Below, in pieces: positions 47,484 through 57,757 of a DNA stretch of 64,000 nucleotides. Every line of letters begins with the position of its first letter. Position 1 is the first letter of the stretch. The notes under the pieces were generated by a model. It ran no database searches. It was not told where the DNA came from and saw nothing but the letters and a program-made list of their open reading frames with translations. Made by a program: the position numbers and the translations under genes. Source of the DNA: Dehalococcoidia bacterium (lineage in GTDB: Bacteria; Chloroflexota; Dehalococcoidia; Lucifugimonadales; UBA3495); NCBI GenBank assembly GCA_964291335.2, contig OZ219748.1, positions 609,479 through 673,478 on the forward strand. The letters run 5' to 3'.

Positions 47484-49097
47484 TTAACCGTGCGGCCGGC
47501 CGTCCCGCAGCATCAGAAAGGCCAGGGGCGCAGCAGCTACCAGAACCAGCAGCAAGGCCGGGGCCGCCGCCTGGGCAAAAAAGGCTTCTGAGGCGGCGCT
47601 CCAGACGGAAGTCGCCAGCGTGGAAAAGCCGCCAGGCCGCAGCATCAGGGTAGCAGGCAGCTCTTTCATAGACAACAGAAAAACCAGCGCCGCCCCGGAA
47701 ACCAGCCCGGGACGCAGCAGGGGCAAAGTAACCGAAGAGAATACCTGTATCGGCGTCTTGCCCAGGCTTCGCCCGGCCTCCTCCAGCCGGGGAGGCACTT
47801 GCAGCAAAGAGGTTCGGGCGGCGCCCACCGCCGTAGGCAGGAAAAGCACTACGTATGCCAGAACCAGCATGACGATGCTCTGGTAGAAAAACCGGGCGTA
47901 GTTGGCGCCGAAGAAAACCAGACCCAAAGCGACCGCAATGCCGGGCAAGGCAAACCCCACGTAGGTTACTCTTTCCAGTAAAGAGCTGAACAAACCCGGA
48001 TAGCGGACCGAATAGACGGCTACCGGCAGGGCGGCCAATACTGCGGCGCCGGCAGCCAGCCCGGAAACATACAGGGAACTGGCCGCATCTGCCCAGAGCA
48101 GCAGCAACGGTTCGCCAGCCAGAACCCCCCGAATCACCCAGTAAACCAGCACTGAAACCGGCAGGAATAAAGCCGTCAGCGTTACCAGCAGGCAGAAGCC
48201 CACGGCCGGCCACCGCCAAGCTCCCAGGGGAACCTTCCGAGCCGGTCGGGGCGCTCCCTGGTCAACCCGATAATAGCGGGAGCGCCCCCGGGTAAAATAC
48301 TCCAGAAGCAGAAAGCCGACGGCCAGAACCACCAGAACCAGGGAAAAGGCGGCTCCCAGAGTACGGTCCAGCGCAGTCTCGTACTGGACGAATATAGCCC
48401 AGGTAAAGGTCTCGTAACGCAGCAGGGAAACGGCTCCGAAGTCGCTGAGGGTGTAAAGGGCAACCAGCAGCGCTCCCGCCGAAATTGCCGGACGCAGCAG
48501 AGGCAATACCACTTTCCGGAAAGTGGCGCGCCAACCATACCCCAAGCCCAGCGAAGATTCCTCCAGCGAAGGGTCCAGACGCAATAAGGCGCTCCGCACC
48601 GTCAACATCACGTAGGGGTAGCTGAGCAGGGTCAAGGTCATCATCGCTCCCGGGAACCCGTTAATGTCCGGCAGACGCTGCAAACCAACCATGCTTTCCA
48701 GAAAGCCTTGCAGCATACCCCGGGGGCCCAGGGCTACCACCACCGCAAAGCCGGCAACGTAGCTGGGCATTACCAGGGGCAGGGCAGTCACCACCGCCCA
48801 GAAGCGGGCCAGGGGCAAGTCGGTGCGGGCGGTAAGCCAGGCCAGCGGCACCGCCAACCCCACCGAGGCAACGGTAACGGTAACGACCAGCAGCAGAGTC
48901 CGCAGCAGGATTTCCAGCGCCCGGGGCCGCAGCAGAGCGTCCCAGAACTCGTAGCCGGCCCCCAGGGAGCGCAGGGCCAGGTAAACCGGGGACAGCAGAA
49001 GGAGGCCGCCGATTGCCAGGGCCGGCGCCCAGATAATCGGCGGCGGAAGGGTTATAGTATCGTTTCGGTATCTCAACGGGCCGGGAAGTTTCATCAA
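47484..49097 (-). CDS. ABC transporter permease, duplicated two-domain type (FbpB/ThiP-like, iron(III) class)
   Basis: 537 aa with about 12 TM helices and two EAA-like loops (LEESSLGLGYGWRATFRKVVLPLLRP and LEEAGRSLGKTPIQVFSSVTLPLLRP). Confidence 0.85.
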   Translation of the reverse strand: MMKLPGPLRYRNDTITLPPPIIWAPALAIGGLLLLSPVYLALRSLGAGYEFWDALLRPRALEILLRTLLLVVTVTVASVGLAVPLAWLTARTDLPLARFWAVVTALPLVMPSYVAGFAVVVALGPRGMLQGFLESMVGLQRLPDINGFPGAMMTLTLLSYPYVMLTVRSALLRLDPSLEESSLGLGYGWRATFRKVVLPLLRPAISAGALLVALYTLSDFGAVSLLRYETFTWAIFVQYETALDRTLGAAFSLVLVVLAVGFLLLEYFTRGRSRYYRVDQGAPRPARKVPLGAWRWPAVGFCLLVTLTALFLPVSVLVYWVIRGVLAGEPLLLLWADAASSLYVSGLAAGAAVLAALPVAVYSVRYPGLFSSLLERVTYVGFALPGIAVALGLVFFGANYARFFYQSIVMLVLAYVVLFLPTAVGAARTSLLQVPPRLEEAGRSLGKTPIQVFSSVTLPLLRPGLVSGAALVFLLSMKELPATLMLRPGGFSTLATSVWSAASEAFFAQAAAPALLLVLVAAAPLAFLMLRDGRPHG

Positions 49098-49138
49098 GCC
49101 TGATGGCGCCGGAAAGAGTCAACAGGAATTTCCGTCAA

Positions 49139-50260
49139 TTATGGCAGAGCGCCCGCTTCTTGCAAAAGCTCCTGGGTGCCCGACAAATCTACCAGATCAG
49201 CGGCGGTCAGGCCGGGTTTGACGATTTCAGCAAAAGGAACCAGGGTTCGGTGCGTTTTAACGCCTTCTACCAGAGGATACTCATAGGTCTGGCCGGCAAA
49301 GTACTGCTGGGCTACCGGCGACAGCATGAACTCGATAAAACGCCGGGCATTGTCCTGATTCTCGGCGCTGGCCAGAATTCCCGTTCCGGCAACCATTACC
49401 ACCGCCCCGGGCCCGCCGCCTCGAGGATGGTAGTTGCGGGCCGAAAAGTCCTCGCCTTCCTCAGCGATGAAACGGTAGAGGTAATAGTGGTTGACGAACC
49501 CCACGTCAATCTCGCCGGCGGCAGCGGCGGCTACCTGGGGGGTATTCTTGGGATATACCTTGACATCATTGGCGACAATGCCTTCCACCCATTCCCGCGT
49601 CTTTGCCTCTCCCCACGCAGAGCGCATAGCGGTTACCATGGTCTGGAAGGAGGCATTGGTAGGCGCCCAGCCAATACGACCCTTCCACCTGGGTTCGGTA
49701 AAGCCGAACATATCGTCGGGCAGGTCTTCCTCAGTCAGTGTTTCCGAATTATAGACTACCGTGCGGGCGCGCCCGGAAATGCCGACCCACTTCCCCTGCG
49801 GCGACCGGGCCCACTCCGGCGCCCGCTCCAGAACAGGATTGGGCAGCGGGGCAAGCTGGGCTTCCACTGCCCCCAGACCGCCGGGGTCCTGCGCAAAAAA
49901 GACGTCAGCCGGCGAATTGGCGCCCTCCTCCAGAATAGTGGCGGCCAGCTGTCCGGTGCCGGCGTACCTGACTTCTACGTCGATGCCGGTGGCAGCGGCA
50001 AATTGCTGAATTACATCATCCACCAACGACTCGCTGCGTCCGGAATACACAACCAGTTTGCCCGGGTTGACTGACTGAGCCACTTCCTTTTCCACTACCA
50101 CCTCAACCGGAACTTCCTTTTCCACTACCACTTCAACCGGCACTTCCTTCTCCACCACCACCTCAACCGGCACTTCCTTTATTACCTCACGGGTGCACCC
50201 GGTCAATATAAGGGACAATGCGATAAAGGCTACCACGCCCGTGACCAAAGGCAAGTTCAT
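49139..50260 (-). CDS. ABC transporter substrate-binding lipoprotein (FbpA/AfuA-like, iron(III) class) with repeated acidic linker
   Basis: MNLPLVTGVVAFIALSLILTGC lipobox, (EVPVEVVVEK)x3 repeats, then VVYSGRSESLVDDVIQQF...VFFAQDPG, typical of Fe3+ binding proteins. The track ORF extends to 50374. Confidence 0.8.
   Translation of the reverse strand: MNLPLVTGVVAFIALSLILTGCTREVIKEVPVEVVVEKEVPVEVVVEKEVPVEVVVEKEVAQSVNPGKLVVYSGRSESLVDDVIQQFAAATGIDVEVRYAGTGQLAATILEEGANSPADVFFAQDPGGLGAVEAQLAPLPNPVLERAPEWARSPQGKWVGISGRARTVVYNSETLTEEDLPDDMFGFTEPRWKGRIGWAPTNASFQTMVTAMRSAWGEAKTREWVEGIVANDVKVYPKNTPQVAAAAAGEIDVGFVNHYYLYRFIAEEGEDFSARNYHPRGGGPGAVVMVAGTGILASAENQDNARRFIEFMLSPVAQQYFAGQTYEYPLVEGVKTHRTLVPFAEIVKPGLTAADLVDLSGTQELLQEAGALP
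50081..50188 (-). repeat. 30-bp coding tandem repeat x3.6 (EVPVEVVVEK) in the binding-protein linker
   Basis: Units cacttccttttccactaccacctcaaccgg at 50081, 50111 and 50141, plus a partial unit at 50171. Confidence 0.85.
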
Positions 50261-50396
50261 ACGACCGAACAACAACACTGAAAAGCCTCCTGCTGAAATA
50301 ATGGTTTGGCACATGCCAGACGGATACTGACTTGCCCGTCTCCCTATTGCATGGGAGGAGAGCAATAATGGCAAACGAACAAGCCAGCAACAATAC

Positions 50397-50426
50397 TATT
50401 GATTAGTATCTACACTATAATCAATA
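50397..50426. promoter_or_regulatory. Perfect 9-bp inverted repeat in an AT-rich divergent region of the iron-type transporter (candidate metalloregulator operator)
   Basis: TATTGATTA, a 12-nt spacer, then TAATCAATA. ATAATCAATAAT resembles Fur-type hexamer arrays. It lies between the binding-protein gene (-) and the ATPase gene (+). Confidence 0.3.
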
Positions 50427-51018
50427 ATGTCTATACGTCCTCAATAGCTGAATATTATCAGCATGAAAATTATATGTCAACACTCTGGCAAAGCAGGTAT
50501 GCCCGACGCTAAAACGAAGCTGCCCGACTGCCGGGAACAATCAGCCGATCTCCGGTTCCGCCGTGTGTAGCGCATAGCCAGAACAACCCTGTCGGCAAAC
50601 CAGGACTGCCGATACCGGGGGGCGCTGTCCTTTTCACCCTGATAACGTACAGCTTCCCGGGTTATTCTGTTTCAGACACCCGTTTCAACGAGTCGCCTTT
50701 GCGCTTAACCTCCCAATTCGTGGCGGGAGTTATTTTCGGAAACAACAGGTTCTGGCTATTGATTTTGTTCTACACCAGGTTTATTATTGTCAAGGTTTAT
50801 TTTGCCAAACAGAATATACGATTGAATTTCTGTGCCGAGGCAGTGGATGAGGGGAATTGGGGCAAGCAGAGTATAGTCGCCGGTAATTTCTGAATGGAAA
50901 AGTTTAGATGTCAGTAAATACTGAAACGCCCGGTAAACACCTTAAAAAGGCCGCAGCCAGCAGCGCCGCCTCTGCCCGGGAAAGCGGAGCAGCAGCGTTT
51001 CCGGCCCAGGATGGGGTT

Positions 51019-52065
51019 ATGCTGGAGTGCCTGGAAGTGTCCAAGAGCTTTGGCGACGTAAGCGCCGTCAAGGACTTCACCTTCAGCATGCCGCGCGGCC
51101 GGGTTGTCGCCCTTTTGGGACCCAGCGGTTGCGGCAAGACTACGGTTTTGCGCCTGATTGCCGGTTTTATTACCCCGGATGCCGGCGTCATCAGCATCGG
51201 CGGCGAAACGGCCTGCCGCCCTGGTTACAGCGCCCCCCCGGAAAAGCGACGGGTAGGCCTGGTTTTCCAGGAAGGGGCCTTGTTTCCTCATCTAACGGTG
51301 GAACAGAACATTTCCTACGGGCTGCCCCGGGAGCAGCGACGGTCGAAGCGGGTCAGCGAGGTAGCAGCTCTGACCGGCTTGACCGACCTGACCCGGCGAA
51401 TGCCTCACGAACTTTCCGGCGGCCAGCAGCAGCGGGTAGCCCTGGCCCGCGCCCTGGCTCCTCAGCCGGAACTTCTGCTGCTGGATGAACCTTTCTCCAA
51501 CCTGGACCCCGGGCTGCGAGAACAGGTGCGCCGGGACGTAATGGCTATTTTGCGCTCAACCGGCATGACGGCCGTCTTCGTTACCCACGACCAGGAGGAG
51601 GCCCTGGCCGTGGGCGACCGCATTGCGGTTATGAATCGGGGCCGAATTGAACAGCAGGGCGCCCCGGAGGAGATTTTTCACCACCCCAGGACCAGGTTTG
51701 TGGCTGAGTTCATTGGCATGGTGGACTTTATCGCTGCCCGGCAGCAAGGCGATTACCTGATGACCGCCGTGGGGGCGGCGCCCTGGCAGCCCGTAAATGG
51801 AACTATCGGTCAGCTGGAAGCCATGGTTCGCCCCGACTGCCTGGATTGCACTCTTTCCCCGGAGGGCAACGGCACAGTCGTAGAGCGGGAATTCCGCGGC
51901 GCCTTTTACCTGTACCGGGTAAGGCTGGCCTCGGGCGAGGTAGTCCGTTGCCTCCTTTCCCATACTGACGAGTATCCGGTAGGGGCCAGGGTTGCGGTTC
52001 ATGTGCGGGACGGCCATGCCCTCAAGCCGTTTAGCGACGGACAGGCAGTTGCCAATCCTCTTTAG
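51019..52065 (+). CDS. ABC transporter ATP-binding protein (FbpC/PotA-like) with C-terminal TOBE-like domain
   Basis: Walker A GPSGCGKTT, signature LSGGQQQRVALARAL, Walker B LLLLDEPFSNLD. The start is taken at ATG 51019 (MLECLEVSKSFG). The track ORF begins at 50908 with a low-complexity extension. Confidence 0.88.
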   Translation: MLECLEVSKSFGDVSAVKDFTFSMPRGRVVALLGPSGCGKTTVLRLIAGFITPDAGVISIGGETACRPGYSAPPEKRRVGLVFQEGALFPHLTVEQNISYGLPREQRRSKRVSEVAALTGLTDLTRRMPHELSGGQQQRVALARALAPQPELLLLDEPFSNLDPGLREQVRRDVMAILRSTGMTAVFVTHDQEEALAVGDRIAVMNRGRIEQQGAPEEIFHHPRTRFVAEFIGMVDFIAARQQGDYLMTAVGAAPWQPVNGTIGQLEAMVRPDCLDCTLSPEGNGTVVEREFRGAFYLYRVRLASGEVVRCLLSHTDEYPVGARVAVHVRDGHALKPFSDGQAVANPL

Positions 52066-52398
52066 CCCTCTGCTCAACCCACAGCTATAGAGTCCGGTTC
52101 CGGCCAACGCTTTACAGCGGCAACCTCTTCCCCAAACTGCCAGTCCCTCCGGCATATGAACACCCCAACCAGCTCGTTCAGGTCGGCTTGACCCCATACC
52201 GGCCATATGCTTTACTTGAGCCTCGGCGCTGTCCTCCGGTCGGCGAAGGAGTAGAGGATAGGAGTTCGGTACTTTTTGCAGTCTGAACGCCGCGATGGGG
52301 CCAGCCAGTCCGCAGCTTTTCAGGAAGGGTTCGCTTTAGTGGGCGCCGCCGAGAGGTGAGGGTTGAATAAAACATGGCCTTCCGAAGAGAGAAATCTT

Positions 52399-53379
52399 AT
52401 GAGAATTGCCGTTCTGGATGACTACCAGGGAGTGGCGCGGCAAATGGCCGATTGGTCGGACTTGCCGGCCAATGCCCGGGTTGAAGTGTTTCGGGATCAC
52501 CTGGCCGATGAAGCCCGGCTCGCCGCGCGCTTGCAGGGTTTTCAGGCCGTTATCGGGATGCGGGAACGGACACCCTTTCCACGAACCTTGCTGTCAAAAC
52601 TGCCGGATTTGCGCCTGCTGATTACCACCGGGGCCAGAAACGCCTCCTTTGACGTGCCGGCTGCTACTGAACTGGGCATAGTTGTTTGCGGCACCGGCGG
52701 GGCCGGAGAGGGGCCTACCGAGCTGACCTGGGGGCTCATCATCGGGTTGCTGCGGAAGATACCCCAGGAAGACCGTTCAACCCGCGAGGGGCGTTGGCAG
52801 ACCACCATCGGCGTAGGACTGAAAGGCAAGACTTTAGGTTTAATCGGCCTGGGCCATATCGGCGGCCTGATGGCCCGGGTAGGCAATGCCTTCGCTATGA
52901 ACGTCATTGCCTGGAGTCAGAACCTGACGGCTCGACGGGCCGCCGAGTGTCAAGCGACTCTGGTGGATAAGGACACCCTCTTCTGCGCTTCCGACATTGC
53001 TTCAGTTCACCTGCGCCTCAGTGAACGCACCCGTGGCCTGGTAGGCGCGCGGGAAATTGGCTTAATGAAGCCCACCGCTTACCTGGTCAACATCTCCCGC
53101 GGCCCCATAGTGGACGAGGCGTCTCTGGTCAGCGCCCTGCGGAACGACCGCATCGCCGGCGCTGCCCTGGATACTTTCGACACGGAGCCCTTGCCCAAAG
53201 ACCACCCTTTCCTGCAACTGGAGAACACCATCATCGCCCCTCATCTGGGCTACGTTACCGAGGAGGGATACCAGGCCTTTTACGCCGGGGCCATCGAGAA
53301 TATCCGGGCTTACGCCGCCGGCGAGCCGGTTCGGGTAATCAACCCGGAGGTGCTGGGTTCGCCCCAACTGCGCCGCTGA
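52399..53379 (+). CDS. D-isomer-specific 2-hydroxyacid dehydrogenase family protein
   Basis: GKTLGLIGLGHIGG NAD motif, NISRGPIVDE, and TPHLGYVT-like APHLGYVT. The start is taken at ATG 52399. Confidence 0.85.
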   Translation: MRIAVLDDYQGVARQMADWSDLPANARVEVFRDHLADEARLAARLQGFQAVIGMRERTPFPRTLLSKLPDLRLLITTGARNASFDVPAATELGIVVCGTGGAGEGPTELTWGLIIGLLRKIPQEDRSTREGRWQTTIGVGLKGKTLGLIGLGHIGGLMARVGNAFAMNVIAWSQNLTARRAAECQATLVDKDTLFCASDIASVHLRLSERTRGLVGAREIGLMKPTAYLVNISRGPIVDEASLVSALRNDRIAGAALDTFDTEPLPKDHPFLQLENTIIAPHLGYVTEEGYQAFYAGAIENIRAYAAGEPVRVINPEVLGSPQLRR

Positions 53380-53505
53380 AACAGCATGCAGGGCCGCCGC
53401 CGCCTTCCTCCCTGCGGCAGCCGTGAGACCGGTAGGCCGCCGCCGCTGCCTGACGGAAGACCCAGCCCAAAGAATACACTTGCCAGCTTTGCCAGGAGTT
53501 AGCGG

Positions 53506-54471
53506 ATGAAAGCAGTCAGACTGGAACAGTTCGGCGGCCCCGAAGTTCTGCAATGGAAGGACGTTCCGGAACCCGTGCCCCGGCCCAACCAGGCGCTGAT
53601 TAAGGTGGACTCTTCCGGGGTTAACTACGCCGACATTATGCGGCGTCAGGGCAACTACCCTGGCCCGGACCTGCCGGCCACCCTCGGACTGGAAGCCGCC
53701 GGCGTTATTATCGGACTGGGCGCCGAGGTAACCGGCCTCAGCGTAGGGCAGCGGGTAATGGCCATGGGGCCTCAGGGCAACGCCGAATACGTGGCGGTCA
53801 ACGCCAGCTTCGTTTTTCCCTACCCGGAAACGGTGGATCCGGTGCAGGCCGGCGGCATGCCCATCGTTTTCCTGACCGCCTATCATCTGCTTAAAACCCG
53901 GGGGCAGGTGCAGCCGGGGGATACGGTGTTGATTCAGGCCGGGGCATCGGGCGTAGGCACTGTAGCTATTCAGTTGGCCAAGTCCTTTGGCGCCCGGGTA
54001 ATCACTACCGCTTCCTCGGCAGAAAAGCTGGACCTGACGCGAACCCTGGGCGCCGACGAGACGATTAACTACGCCGCTCAGGATTTTGAGGAAGCGGTAA
54101 GGGAACTGACCGGCGGCAACGGCGTTGAACTGGTTCTGGAATGCGTCGGCGGGCCGGTACTGGAAAAGAGCGTCCGCTGCGTAGCCTCCTACGGCAAGCT
54201 AATCTCTTATGGAAATGCCTCGGGTACTGCCGCAGCCCTGGCCGCCGCAGATATTTTCGCCGCCAACCGCACGGTTATCGGCTTCAGTATGGGCCGGTCT
54301 CCCGCAGGCCGACTGGATCATTCGGCGGCTATGGCCGAACTCTTTCCCCTGCTGGCCGGCGGGCAGTTAAGGCTGGTAGTGGACCGGGTCCTGCCTATGG
54401 CGGAAGTTGCCCAGGCCCACCAACATCTGTCAAATCGTGGCAGCCACGGCAAGGTAATTCTCACCCCCTAG
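53506..54471 (+). CDS. NADPH:quinone oxidoreductase / zeta-crystallin-like MDR family
   Basis: MKAVRLEQFGGPEVLQWKDVPEP, GVNYADIMRRQGNYP, AGASGVGTVAIQLAK. Confidence 0.85.
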   Translation: MKAVRLEQFGGPEVLQWKDVPEPVPRPNQALIKVDSSGVNYADIMRRQGNYPGPDLPATLGLEAAGVIIGLGAEVTGLSVGQRVMAMGPQGNAEYVAVNASFVFPYPETVDPVQAGGMPIVFLTAYHLLKTRGQVQPGDTVLIQAGASGVGTVAIQLAKSFGARVITTASSAEKLDLTRTLGADETINYAAQDFEEAVRELTGGNGVELVLECVGGPVLEKSVRCVASYGKLISYGNASGTAAALAAADIFAANRTVIGFSMGRSPAGRLDHSAAMAELFPLLAGGQLRLVVDRVLPMAEVAQAHQHLSNRGSHGKVILTP

Positions 54472-54513
54472 TTGCTACAATGACGGCAAACGCAGCAAAC
54501 AGGGGGCTACACC

Positions 54514-55647
54514 ATGGCTTTGGGAGCGCCAGCCAGACCGGGAGACCTGATACTCCTGGCCGGCACCCGCAAGGGAGCATTCATACTGACCGGGGATTCC
54601 ACCCGAAATAACTGGCATACCAGCGGGCCTTTCTGTCCGGGAAGCGACGTCTTCCACCTGGTTTACGACCATCGGAATGGCGGTCAAGTGCTGGCCGCCG
54701 CCAACCATGTCATCTGGGGACCTCAGGTTGAGTATAGCCGGGACCTGGGACAAACTTGGGCACAAGCAGCGGAACAGCCCCGGTTCACCGGCGAAGGCGG
54801 GGCCACGGTAAACCGAATCTGGCATATTGAGCCGGGCCGGGAAACCGAGCCGGGCGCCCTTTACCTGGGCGTCGAGCCGGCAGCGCTGTTTCGGTCCCGG
54901 GACGGCGGCGACACCTGGCATGAAGTAACTGGCCTGTCCAACCACCCCACGCGGACGGAATGGAACCCGGGGTTTGGCGGGTTATGCCTCCACAGCATTG
55001 GCCTGGATCCGCAGAATGCCGACCGAATGTGGGTCGGCATTTCCGCCGCCGGGGTGTTCCGAACCGATGACGGGGGGCAGCGCTGGCGACCGGCCAACCG
55101 GGGCGTGCGAGCCGATTTTGACCCGGCCAATCCCTTGCCGGAATGGGGCCAATGCCCCCACAAGATGCTGCCCCATCCCGGAGCGCCCGGCCTGCTGTAC
55201 CAGCAAAACCATTGCGGCGTTTACCGCAGCAGCGACTACGGCGACAGTTGGCAGGACTTGTCCGAAGGGCTTCCCTCCCGCTTCGGTTTTGTCCTCGGGC
55301 TGCACCCCACCGAGCCAGACACCCTGTACGTCCTGCCCGAGGACGAGGCCATCGGAACCGACGTGGGCGGAATGCTGCGGTACGTTTCCGGGGCTAAATG
55401 CCGCGTCTTTCGCAGCCGCAACGGCGGCAGGAAGTGGGAACCTTTGACCCAGGGGCTGCCCCAGCAAAACGCCTACCTGCATACCTTGAGAGAAGGCATG
55501 GCTACCGACTGCCTGGAGCCGTTGGGCATCTACTTCGGCACGGTTAACGGCCAGATTTTCCACAGCCGCGATGACGGCGACCATTGGCGGCTGTTAGTGG
55601 AACACCTGCCGCCCATAAACTCGGTGGAAGTCGCCACGGTAGTCTAA
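54514..55647 (+). CDS. BNR/Asp-box repeat beta-propeller protein (sialidase-fold or Ycf48-like)
   Basis: Five Asp-box motifs: SRDGGDTW, TDDGGQRW, SSDYGDSW, SRNGGRKW, SRDDGDHW. Confidence 0.75.
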   Translation: MALGAPARPGDLILLAGTRKGAFILTGDSTRNNWHTSGPFCPGSDVFHLVYDHRNGGQVLAAANHVIWGPQVEYSRDLGQTWAQAAEQPRFTGEGGATVNRIWHIEPGRETEPGALYLGVEPAALFRSRDGGDTWHEVTGLSNHPTRTEWNPGFGGLCLHSIGLDPQNADRMWVGISAAGVFRTDDGGQRWRPANRGVRADFDPANPLPEWGQCPHKMLPHPGAPGLLYQQNHCGVYRSSDYGDSWQDLSEGLPSRFGFVLGLHPTEPDTLYVLPEDEAIGTDVGGMLRYVSGAKCRVFRSRNGGRKWEPLTQGLPQQNAYLHTLREGMATDCLEPLGIYFGTVNGQIFHSRDDGDHWRLLVEHLPPINSVEVATVV

Positions 55648-55772
55648 CCCCGGGGTTTTTGACCCGGAATGCCGGCCAGCGGAAAGGGCGGGGCAATAAG
55701 TCCTGCCCTTAAACTTTTACAACCGTGGGCAGTCGGCTGATTCAGCGAACTGACTTTCTGGCGGCCTTGCCG

Positions 55773-56012
55773 TCAGCTGCCGGGCATTTCCTGTTTCAAG
55801 TAACTCAACAAGCGCCAAAAATGGCGCCAAACCAGCCGGCGCTCGGAATCGGTTAAGGGGCGTCCCAACTGCCGCCGCCAGGCCAACACTCCCTGGCCGG
55901 CCAGGTAACCCCAACTGCCTGGTTCATCCCTGAGCCAGGCCCTCACCTGGTCGCGACGTTCCTCCATAACCGCAATCAGGAGGGTATCCAGCGATTGGAC
56001 GGCGTCTTTCAT
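55773..56012 (-). CDS. Hypothetical 79-aa protein, last gene of the thi operon
   Basis: The ATG overlaps the thiS stop (4-nt overlap at 56009-56012). Trp/Arg-rich and helical. No family recognised. Confidence 0.4.
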   Translation of the reverse strand: MKDAVQSLDTLLIAVMEERRDQVRAWLRDEPGSWGYLAGQGVLAWRRQLGRPLTDSERRLVWRHFWRLLSYLKQEMPGS

Positions 56013-56221
56013 CCACCGCCCACCGGCCGGACAATTTCCAGGGTATCGCCCTCGCGCAGCACTACCTCGGCAAAAGACTCCTTCTTGATAACTTCGCCGT
56101 TATAACCGACTGCTATGAACTGGAGGTTAAGGTCAAAGGCAGCCAGATAGGTTGCCAAATCGGTATCCTCGGCAACTTCCCTTCGCTTGCCGTTTACCGT
56201 CAAGTTTATCGTATCGGCCAT
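56009..56221 (-). CDS. thiS: Sulfur carrier protein ThiS
   Basis: MADTINLTVNGKRREV...GDTLEIVRPVGGG with a C-terminal Gly-Gly. The alternative TTG start at 56257 overlaps the thiE stop. Confidence 0.85.
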   Translation of the reverse strand: MADTINLTVNGKRREVAEDTDLATYLAAFDLNLQFIAVGYNGEVIKKESFAEVVLREGDTLEIVRPVGGG

Positions 56222-56253
56222 GTCGCTATTGACTCCCGCCGGGTAATACAGTA

Positions 56254-56934
56254 TCAAGTCTCGCTAACGAAAGGCTCACACCAAACCGGCCGGTCGTCCA
56301 CGGACGCAGCGGCCAGAATTGTCTCCTTAAGGCGTCGCGCCGCCTCACCCGGGTCGGGGTCGGCCAGAATATCGGTGATGACCGCCACGCCCTTGGCCCC
56401 GGCTGCGATAACCTCCCCGGCGTTAGCGGCGGTGATTCCCCCAATGGCAATGATGGGCAGCGGGCAGCGGGCCGCTATCCGGCGCGCCAGGCCCGGCCCG
56501 GCCGGGACTTCTCCAGGGTGCGAGCGGCTGGCGTACATAGCGCCAACCACCAGGAAATCCGCCCCGGCCGCCGCCGCTTCCTCGGCGCCGGCCACGGAAT
56601 GTACCGACCGCCCAATCAAGTGAGCCTCCCCCAGAATCCGGCGCGCCGCCGCTACCGGAAGCGCCCCTTCGCCCAGCTGAACCCCGTCGGCTGGCAAGGC
56701 GGCGGCCACGTCAACCCGCTCGTTGATTACCAGCAATGCCCGGCTGCCGACAGCTTCCCGCAAGCGCGCCGCCAGGTCGAGTAAATCCGCCCCGCTCAAG
56801 TCCTTCTCCCGCACTTGCACCAGGTCAACGCCGCCAGCGGCGGCCGCGGCAACCCGGCCCACCAGGGCAGCCGCATCGCCAACCCGACGGTCGGTAACCA
56901 GGCAAAGGCAGGGGTTCGGCAACATCCGAAGCAA
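56254..56934 (-). CDS. thiE: Thiamine-phosphate synthase ThiE
   Basis: LCLVTDR, VQVREKD, IGRSVHS and IAIGGI motifs. Confidence 0.88.
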   Translation of the reverse strand: MLRMLPNPCLCLVTDRRVGDAAALVGRVAAAAAGGVDLVQVREKDLSGADLLDLAARLREAVGSRALLVINERVDVAAALPADGVQLGEGALPVAAARRILGEAHLIGRSVHSVAGAEEAAAAGADFLVVGAMYASRSHPGEVPAGPGLARRIAARCPLPIIAIGGITAANAGEVIAAGAKGVAVITDILADPDPGEAARRLKETILAAASVDDRPVWCEPFVSET

Positions 56935-56942
56935 AGAACCCC

Positions 56943-57734
56943 CTAGCCGCCGGTCACAACCGGCTGAGGCACATCGGCAGTAGGGCTGCTGGCAGCGGCA
57001 TAGGCGCGTACCGGAATACGCCCGGCCAGATAGGCTTTGCGGCCGGCTTCAACCCCCAGCTTGAAGGCCGCCGCCATCTGCGCCGGGTCTTCCGCCTGGG
57101 CGATGGCCGTGTTAACCAAAACCGCCGAGGCCCCCATCTCCAGAGCCCTGGCGGCATCGGAAGGCACGGCCAACCCGGCATCCACCACCACCGGCACGTT
57201 AGCCTGCTCAATAATTATGCGCACCTCTTCCGCCGTGTGAATACCCTGACCGGAACCAATGGCCGAACCCAGCGGCATCACCGTAGCGCAGCCCGCCTCC
57301 TCCAGGCGCCGCGCCAGCACCGGGTCAGCGTGAATATAAGGCAGTACGATGAAGCCTTCCTGTATCAGCCGGCGCGCCGCTTCCAGAGTGGCCGCCGGGT
57401 CGGGGAACAGGTACTTGGGGTCGGGAATAACTTCCAGCTTCACGAAGTCGGTCCTGGCTACCTCCCGTCCCAGGCGGGCCACGAACAGGGCCTCCTCTAC
57501 TGTGGCGCAGCCGGCGGTGTTGGGCAGAATGTTATATTTGCTCCAGTCAATATAATCCAGAATCGTCTTTTCCGTGGGGTCTTCCAGGTTCAGCCGGCGG
57601 ATAGCCACGGTAACCATGTCGGCGCCTGACGCGGCAATGGCCTCAACCATATCTTCGTTAGTGCGGTAACGTCCTGTACCCACAATCAAGCGAGAATTAA
57701 AGGGCTTGCCTGCGATTACCAGGTTATCGGACAT
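56943..57734 (-). CDS. thiG: Thiazole synthase ThiG
   Basis: [46 protein letters not shown] lies 7 nt upstream of the ATG at 57734. Confidence 0.93.
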   Translation of the reverse strand: MSDNLVIAGKPFNSRLIVGTGRYRTNEDMVEAIAASGADMVTVAIRRLNLEDPTEKTILDYIDWSKYNILPNTAGCATVEEALFVARLGREVARTDFVKLEVIPDPKYLFPDPAATLEAARRLIQEGFIVLPYIHADPVLARRLEEAGCATVMPLGSAIGSGQGIHTAEEVRIIIEQANVPVVVDAGLAVPSDAARALEMGASAVLVNTAIAQAEDPAQMAAAFKLGVEAGRKAYLAGRIPVRAYAAASSPTADVPQPVVTGG

Positions 57735-57757
57735 CGTTGACGCTCCTTGCAAAGGAA

